Below the pieces are notes generated by a model that was given only the letters and a program-made list of their open reading frames with translations, was not told where the DNA came from and searched no databases. From positions 11,399,483 through 11,463,482 of the forward strand of contig CM082582.2 of NCBI GenBank assembly GCA_040954595.2: a stretch of 64,000 bases of DNA, written 5' to 3'. The position numbers and the translations under genes were made by a program. Positions 53,206-64,000 of this stretch are shown here, in pieces. The stretch is from Balanoglossus misakiensis (Eukaryota > Animalia > Hemichordata). Within the stretch, counting starts at the first letter, position 1. Each line of letters starts with the position of its first letter.

Positions 53206-55876
53206 TAACTAACTAAAATCAGCGAGGAACACTTAGTTAAATTTATTTAAAATGAAAATTGTGACAAAAAAGTGTAATTCAGTGCATTGCAGGTGCGTGA
53301 GAATGAAGGCACTTTATCATGCTGCGCGTATTATAATTTCTATGCCGCATGTGTTTGTTTACGAAGGTCGAGTTCTTCGCTCTATTTTCTCGCAGACTAT
53401 TTACACGAATTGAAATGACTCGTTTTGGAAAGTGTGTGGGTCATTGATATGTTTGAGTTGTTTGCGCACCCAGTTTTGTTTTGCTGTAATTATAATAACA
53501 AAGCACCAATTCGCAATTGACAGTGTTGTTGTTTTCCATGTAACTTTCAATGCTAATCGATCATCCCTGCCCACATCCCCAGGATTAGACCATTTCGGAT
53601 GACGGATGACGCATGTTTTTGCTTTTTTGGCTCGTCACTGCACACGTAGTCATGGAGACGCAGGGCACACATATTTATACTCATGCATCATCATGTGCAT
53701 GCAAACAGACCTGCACGCGTACGCGCTTGCGCGTGTGTCAACACACGCGAGCTGGGAAAGGTTTTGCTACAAGTGCACGTGTGTGTTTCATAAACCCCGC
53801 ACGTGTTAAAAAACCTCTCACGTCTATTTTTAAGAACGGAAAAAGGCTTGAAGTTTAAAAACATGTTGTTTTGTGCAGCATTCGCCGCAATTCCAATATT
53901 GAACATTGCTGAAAGTGATGTTAACGTGCAGACCTAGTGACCGCGTTTTCCTTTTTGATGCATGCTCAAAACAGTCGTACGTGTGACAGCCCACGAACGG
54001 CCCAGATAGCTGACCTGAAGGAAACCGCAACCTCCAACAAACAAAATCTGGCAACGACGAGCCAATCAACATTCACATCGCTCGCTGTTTTGAGTGAAAG
54101 TTATTTGGCGTTTCCTGTTCTGATAGGCCCTTAGCGCCCATATTGATAACTTGTTATTGTAATTCACGATGATTACTCAAATTAATTATTCTGACACAAG
54201 TGTTAAGCGGCGAATTAAAAAAAATAGACCAATTTATACCCCCCTAGGTGATTTTAATAATAGTACCAGTAGGTATGCGACGCCAATGAATTCACTTATT
54301 TCAGGCTAGTTGCCATAATTACGTCAATAATAAAAATTATTAGACCAATCACTTTTATGCTGATGTAACGTGATGATATCATATGTGACTCATCGTTATT
54401 TTCTTACCGCTGAGTAAACACAAACATTGGTGGCCCAGCACATTATAGGCCTATATATAATATTTTGTATGAAGTCAACTTGCTGTAAATGTAACCTCTG
54501 AGGCAATAGGAAGACGATAATAACATTGTTTTGACGGAGTCTTGTTTACTGTGATGTCGTAAACGAGGAATAACCTTGGCCCAGTAGACGCAATGCGACC
54601 TTGCTTTAATTCTCATTCATGTTTTTTCTAAGTTTCTCTGTCAAGCGCCACTCGCGGTCAACGTTTGCTATGTTTGGAAGACTTGAATTTTCTCAGCACT
54701 TTTTGTATTCAATGAGTTGCCTTTTATTAAAATTTATACTCTGTACTCGTACTGAATAAAAGTGTTGGAAGCCTTGGCGGACATCCCGTCTTCCGGTTGC
54801 ATATAAAAGAGAGTGTCCTCCAGCATTGAACATCCTCTAGCCTTGAAGGAGATTGGGGAGGGGAGTGGGGGGGGGGGGGTGTTTTTCTGAGCGGAAACGT
54901 AACGGAAACTAGAGACATACATTGCTAGACAAATCTTACAACATAAAAGGGGATATCACTGTTCATTTATGTGGGGTGTGCTTGTTTGTATGTTGCCACA
55001 TGCATTTCTTCACGTGTATTCTACGCGCAGTGTCAAGAGAATTTTCGTTCACGAGTCGCGGATTTAGAGGTCGGTGTCCTCAACTGAAGGACAGTCTGGA
55101 GGGTCGACGACTCGCCTTGTAATGGAAACGGATACGCAAAATACTGTAATACGTGAAATGAATACAAATGATGGCCCTTTCATGCATTTAGACGATTGCT
55201 TTATACTGCACATGGGAATTGCGACTTTGCGTGCGACAAAATCACTGTGAAATGTACATGTATGAACTGATTCGCGTGATAAAGTAACACGTGACGTGTG
55301 TATCCATGGAGAATGTTTCCCGTGATGATTTATTCCGTTGTCGTTGTTGTTGTTTTGTTTCACACCGAGTTTTATGTCAGCATCGGACATTAAAAGTTGA
55401 GTTTTCTCTGTCAGTCTTGAAATTTTAAACCTTACTTTTTAGAATTAGTTTCGGAAAACCCTGGGAAAATAAAATGTAGTCATGTGAACTGATGAAATAT
55501 GATTCAAGGATATGGTTACATGTTATATCAGTGACAGTGTTAATGATCCATTGAACCAATGCCTGTAGAGTTAAACGTTTTCAGTCCGTGTCTGTATATT
55601 AGTCCATAGATGCTCGAGAAAACATTCTTTCAGGAGAATCCATTGCGTAATACCAGTAGTCAGTCAGTTTTTTTTTCTTGTCTGTCTGTGTGAATTGTTT
55701 GTTTATTATTCAGTCTGAGGCAATTGTATTCACTCTTGGCTCACGGTCCTCGACTCAGTGACACCGATGAATAAAGCAGAAAGGATGGAGATGTTCGTGT
55801 CGATCAGCAATGTGTCCATCCGCAGAGAGACCGTGCGTCTTTGCTTGTTTCCCGGCGATGACAAATTTCAGATATT

Positions 55877-55891
55877 CCCTCTAGGTGGCGC
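55877..55891 (+). promoter_or_regulatory. CTCF-like motif (CCCTCTAGGTGGCGC)
   Basis: Near-consensus CTCF core lying between the FRAT upstream region and the 3' end of CFAP90. Confidence 0.4.
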
Positions 55892-56659
55892 TGTTGAACA
55901 TAGCAGCAACGTAAGTTATAAAGTAGGCAAAGACAGTTCCACGGACGTGTCATGACGATCTAAAGATAAAGCACAAGACACAACCTCCTGTACGTTTGTT
56001 TCAAGTTTCTTTATTGTGTACGTGTGTTATCATTGTAGCATTATCAGTCTACAAAGCTACAAAACAAAATCTCACGTGCCATATACACCCTTGTAAATAA
56101 AGACAAAACAGACATTTCCTCAGGACATTTTTGTCAGACCTTTGACAGTTTTCAGTGGCACATGCTTTGTATTCTGTGATTTTCATTTCATATCGAGAGA
56201 ATTGACAGTTTGATTTTGGCTGAAGAGTATTATGCTGAAGACATTTTTCTCTGTAATTATTGTTTACTGACTTAAGAAAATACACAACTCAAAAAGTCCT
56301 TTGGCAAAGTAATACAGACCTGTACAAGACATTGTACAAAAAGTTTGACAGCACTGAGAATTCACTATTTTTCATGTGATACACTACATGTTTGTGAACA
56401 GTTCTACTATTTTGGCACTTCACATGTTTTTAAAAGATGAAGTGTAACATGGTGTGTGTAATACTGAATTTTTAAACTAAACATTATTCAGCAAGCTCTA
56501 TCTAAAACACCATGAGGATAAGTGTTCTAGCAACACCCTATCCAGTGTCAACTGTCAAGCTTTACAATCTGGCCAGCAGGAACTAGTGAGCAAGGAATTC
56601 TACAACAGAATTCATGGGAGAGGGTAGAATTTTACAGTTTGGTTTGTTTCACGTTCTGT

Positions 56660-57587
56660 TTAGATTCCTTCTTTGTTTCCGTCAATGTTTATGCCATTTT
56701 TTCTGAAAAACTCTGTTTTCACATGCTGTATCCTGACGTGGAGTCTGTCTGGGTGGTCCTTAAACTGTTCCAGTCTGTGCCCGTATTCTGACGATGCAAG
56801 TGTTGGTACAATTTTGATAGTCTCCTGTTGAAGTAAGAGAAACTGGTCAGTCTGGTTGCTAGAGTGATTCATGACCATGGTAAGCACTTAGGTCATCAGG
56901 GGACTACTGTCAGTAGAGACAGTGTTTTTGTCAAGACAACTTTACTATTTTTGCTGAAAAAAGTTAAACTTGTATATTTCTGTAACGTGTATATTTTCAT
57001 CAATTTTCATACCTCATCATTGACCTTCAGCCCCCTTGATTTGGCATGTTCTCTGTCACATCTGTGCAACTTATTGTTATATCCTTCAGGTTTGTTGAAC
57101 AATCTGTCATAGGTGGAATGGGGATTTGGCTGAAAGCGAAAAAAGTATTATAATGTTACAGTGCACCCAAACTGTTGATATCTGTGTCTTGCCTTTATTT
57201 ATTTATGAGAACATTGGTAAACACAGCTCTCTGCAAGCAATCTAATCGAGTCACCTGCGGTAGACATCGACACAGCACCTTGTAATGTGATTAATTTGGA
57301 AGGCGTGATTGTGTAAACATGTATTTTTGAGACGTCTGATCATCGTTACGAATGGGGTAATCGATCCATACAACAAGAAGGTCAAGCTTGCATATGTATG
57401 TACTGTATCATACCAGTAGAGGTATACCTACGTCTGATTTGGTACTATTGAATACGGTCCTTTCTGCTGGATCACTCCTCACTGTTGGCACGTAGCTGAA
57501 GGCACTCTTGGCAGCTAGCGGATCTTTCCCGTGCATCAAGCCTGGGTAGTCATACAGGCTAGGCCTCTCCTCAAATTCTGTCGTCAT
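56660..57587 (-). CDS. CFAP90: Cilia- and flagella-associated protein 90 (C5orf49 homologue), 151 aa
   Basis: Exons 57587-57414, 57129-57013 and 56824-56660, phase-0 GT-AG. Family motifs STYDRLF...EGYNNKLHRCDREHAKSRGLKVNDEE, LASSEYG and EFFRKNGI. Confidence 0.88.
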
Positions 57588-58119
57588 CTTGTAAGTTTTG
57601 TTCGCAGTATTCGGGACAAACGCAACCCCTCGTTGGCAGGTCAACACCTAACGCTAGCGTTGAAACTGCTGTGCGTGTAAATATCAAAGGTATCCAAGCA
57701 GCTCCGACACTTAGCAACTGATTAAATATTCATGAGGCATAATTAGTTACCTGTAACCTGAGAGAAAACGTCATATTCATGTGAACTTAAACAAGAACTG
57801 TTGTGTTTTTCAACGCCGTTTGTGATAAAAATGTTTGATGGTGTTATTTGGCAATATATACAGTCGTTGAAGTTGTTAAATTGACCAATTAGTCCCTCTG
57901 ACAGCTTTGATACAGTCCAATATAGACCCCCTAAGCACCTACAGATTTACTCATCATTCTACAGGGATGTTTAACCCAAATTGGCAAATTTTATTTGAAA
58001 TACTTCAGTTTATTTTAGCCATTTTTTGTATGCAGCACACGGGGAGTGAAATTTCCAACACTTTCACCACTAGGGGTGAATCTTACAAGCGTTCGTCGTA
58101 ACATATCCCAAGATACTTT

Positions 58120-58150
58120 GCGTTAGTAATTCCAAGATGGCCGCATCCAT
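58120..58150 (+). promoter_or_regulatory. Probable first (5' UTR) exon of RSPRY1 with YY1/TISU-like motif
   Basis: CCAAGATGGCCGC at about 58132-58144, followed by a perfect GTAAGT donor at 58151. Candidate acceptor tttttttccag at 58603. The start coordinate is approximate. Confidence 0.55.
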
Positions 58151-58933
58151 GTAAGTTGTGAAATATAAGTGAAGTTGTTGCCAACACGATTTTCAGCTTA
58201 TCATAGGAAAACTGGCGCTACCAAAAGATCGTAATTATAGCCAAATTATTGGGGACATCTTTTTGTTTATGTTATGGTAATTTTCGAAGTTCTGTGGTAT
58301 TTCTTGTCTTAAATATCTGGACATTGAGCTGTCAGGTTGGGTGTGTCATCGGTTCTGTTATCAACACGGAAGATGACGAATACGCAGTTAATAATGCACT
58401 TCCAAGTATATGTGATGTACAACGCTCACGCATTAGTCAAATGAGCGTATAATGTGATATCGAATGTCGACATCAAAGACGATGTTTTCACATGATTAAG
58501 TTTTTCAGCAGCAAAGCATCGGTTATTTTTCCGTCGGTGTACAGGTTACCAAGTACACGACCAAGGATGTGTTTGTTGATCTTTCGTTCTTATTTTTTTC
58601 CAGGAACAGCTGTTGAAATTTCCGTACAAAATGTGAGCACGTAACTCATGATGGCTGACTAAAGAAACGAGACTCTTAAACCGACGATCGCAGAAACTGT
58701 TGAATTACCACATTCATTACCTGTAAAAAAGCAAAGGTGGGTGTGTACTGCCAGGAAGATGTGATTGTCAAATACTGGGATTTCTGTGGACAGTATGACA
58801 TTTGATTGAGTGTCTGTGGTCACACGATCAAACTAAAACATGGAGTTTTGATAACGCTGTTTCAGACAATATTTACCTTCTCTGGAACAACAGTGCCTGA
58901 ATTGACCTGAATGGTACTGAACACAGGCAGTGT

Positions 58934-62255
<3,322 letters not shown>

Positions 62256-64000
62256 CAGGAGATATCCCCTTCAGTCACTGAGCCACAGTTTCTACAGAGA
62301 GGAACTTGGTCAATTTACATGGATGTGAGCGTGTTTGAGCGTTTTGTACAAACTGTGCCCATAACCCCCCCCCCCCCCCCCTCCCGTTTACGATTGATAC
62401 AGTACATCTGCACTAGTTTGAATCTGGGCACTTTTTTGGCTGAGATGCAGCTGCAGTGCCAACCCTCTTTTTGACCAGTTGAACCTGTGAATATTTTATG
62501 AACGTGTGCCAGTAGACCAGTGCTGCTCCCGGTCACGTAAAATTTACTTCTTTGTGAAGAGCCATTTTCTGATCTATCAACTTTCTCCTGCCTTGTCGAA
62601 TGCATGCACTCTCCTTCCCAAGAGACACAAAAATTATCTTCCTAATAGTGAAGAGCATTTTAGGGGAGGCATCCATTATCTTATTCAATTATGGTCTCAG
62701 TTCCACATAAATAAGAAAATAGGTGTTTTCTTTGTGGGTCATTTTTCATTTGTACAATGGTTTGATAGTTTCCTAAACAAAAAAACAACAACAAAGTAAC
62801 TGAGCTACAGTTATACTTAAATATTATTTCATGTACAGCACGTGTTAAAATGAATCAATTTGAATTTTTTGGCATGTGTTGTAAAAAACTTTGGTGTTTG
62901 ACTGTTCTGTGGACTGCTGCTCATTTTGCTGAGTTTACTGTGTGTGATCTCCCAGTAAAATTCCTACCACCAGAGACAACCTGTCATCTCACCTGGAAAA
63001 CAAAAAATCGTGTATGTTCATGTCATTATTTACAAGTTTGTTGTGAAAAAAAAAAAATGGTTGGTGCCAAAATGTATATGTACTTGATATACTTGCTTAT
63101 ATTTCCTGTACTGTTCTGTGTCATGTTCAACTTCCCAGTAGAAATTTACTGGAACCTTACTCTGAAATATGTCCATTATGATATCGCCTTCACCATTATC
63201 TCTTTTGATTCATTTTCACTTGTAGACAATAGTGAAGTCAGGAATTTACTACAAAGGGAAAAACTTTATCCGTTTATCAAACTTGTTTTCATGTGCTTTA
63301 AACATGTATTTTCTCCAGGCTAATAATTCCACAGATATCCTACATTGAAACAGGCAACAGATTTTATAAACTGTACTATGTCCATTTTTGTAATAATCAG
63401 AGATAATATAGAGATTTTATTTAGTTGTCAAGAGAGAGAGAGACGAGGAGGTAACTTTCAGTGTCAGCAAACCGACCCTGCTGGGTAATACAGATATGAC
63501 TATTCAATATGATAACAGATCATTAATTCTAGTAAACATTTGCAAAGAGTGCTAATATCAATATCGCATTGTTTATTCCTTACAGTCAAATAGTAAAAAA
63601 AGATAACATTAATTTATGTATCCAGACCTGTCTTTGAAGAATTTTGTTTTCCTAATGGAAGTCTGGCATTTTTACATGCCTGACCCACTCTGTGTCATTT
63701 TCAACCCCTCACAAAAAAAATGAATTACCATGATTGACAGATTTACATTTGATATCATATTTTATCGGGACACTTGGTCATTTCTTGTATATTTGAATTT
63801 TATTGTATAGCTCCTATGCCTAATCAATAAAAACATTTTTTCCTTAAGAAACTGTGATGGCTTTGGATGAGTTCTTTCCGTGCGTTAGTTCAGTCTTAAC
63901 GTCATCTTCCCGGAAACAGAGCAAGGCCCACAGCAAAAGTAGACGTGAGGATTATTTTTTTTCAGACTACCAACTGAGGGCGCAATTTTTTTAGACCACT

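Overview
AT-rich (roughly 37-38% GC, estimated by eye) intron-containing animal genomic DNA, probably a lophotrochozoan such as a mollusc (inferred from the repeat types and protein families). Seven genes can be reconstructed by hand: the 3' end of a PPP4R1-like gene (+), a large NACHT/WD40 STAND NTPase (NWD2/QUI-1-like, +, 10 core coding exons, 1381 aa), BLOC1S4/BCAS4-like (+), MDP1 (-), an intronless FRAT/GBP GSK3-binding gene (-), CFAP90/C5orf49 (-) and RSPRY1 (+). The apparently empty 26 kb upstream of the NWD core appears to be its 5' region. It holds tiny phase-2 exons that splice in frame onto the MGNRQS start, giving at least three alternative lipidation-type N-termini (MGSSCSS, MGACCQKS, MGNRQS), plus most of a cluster of nine perfect CRE palindromes, X-boxes and a DR1 site. 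Other points: a 49-bp copy of NWD coding sequence inside a downstream intron, a GC-AG intron and a dual start in RSPRY1, a Penelope-like relic, a Helentron/HINE-like terminus and a (GATA)30 tract. All gene models come from reading splice signals and recalling family motifs; no database search was run.
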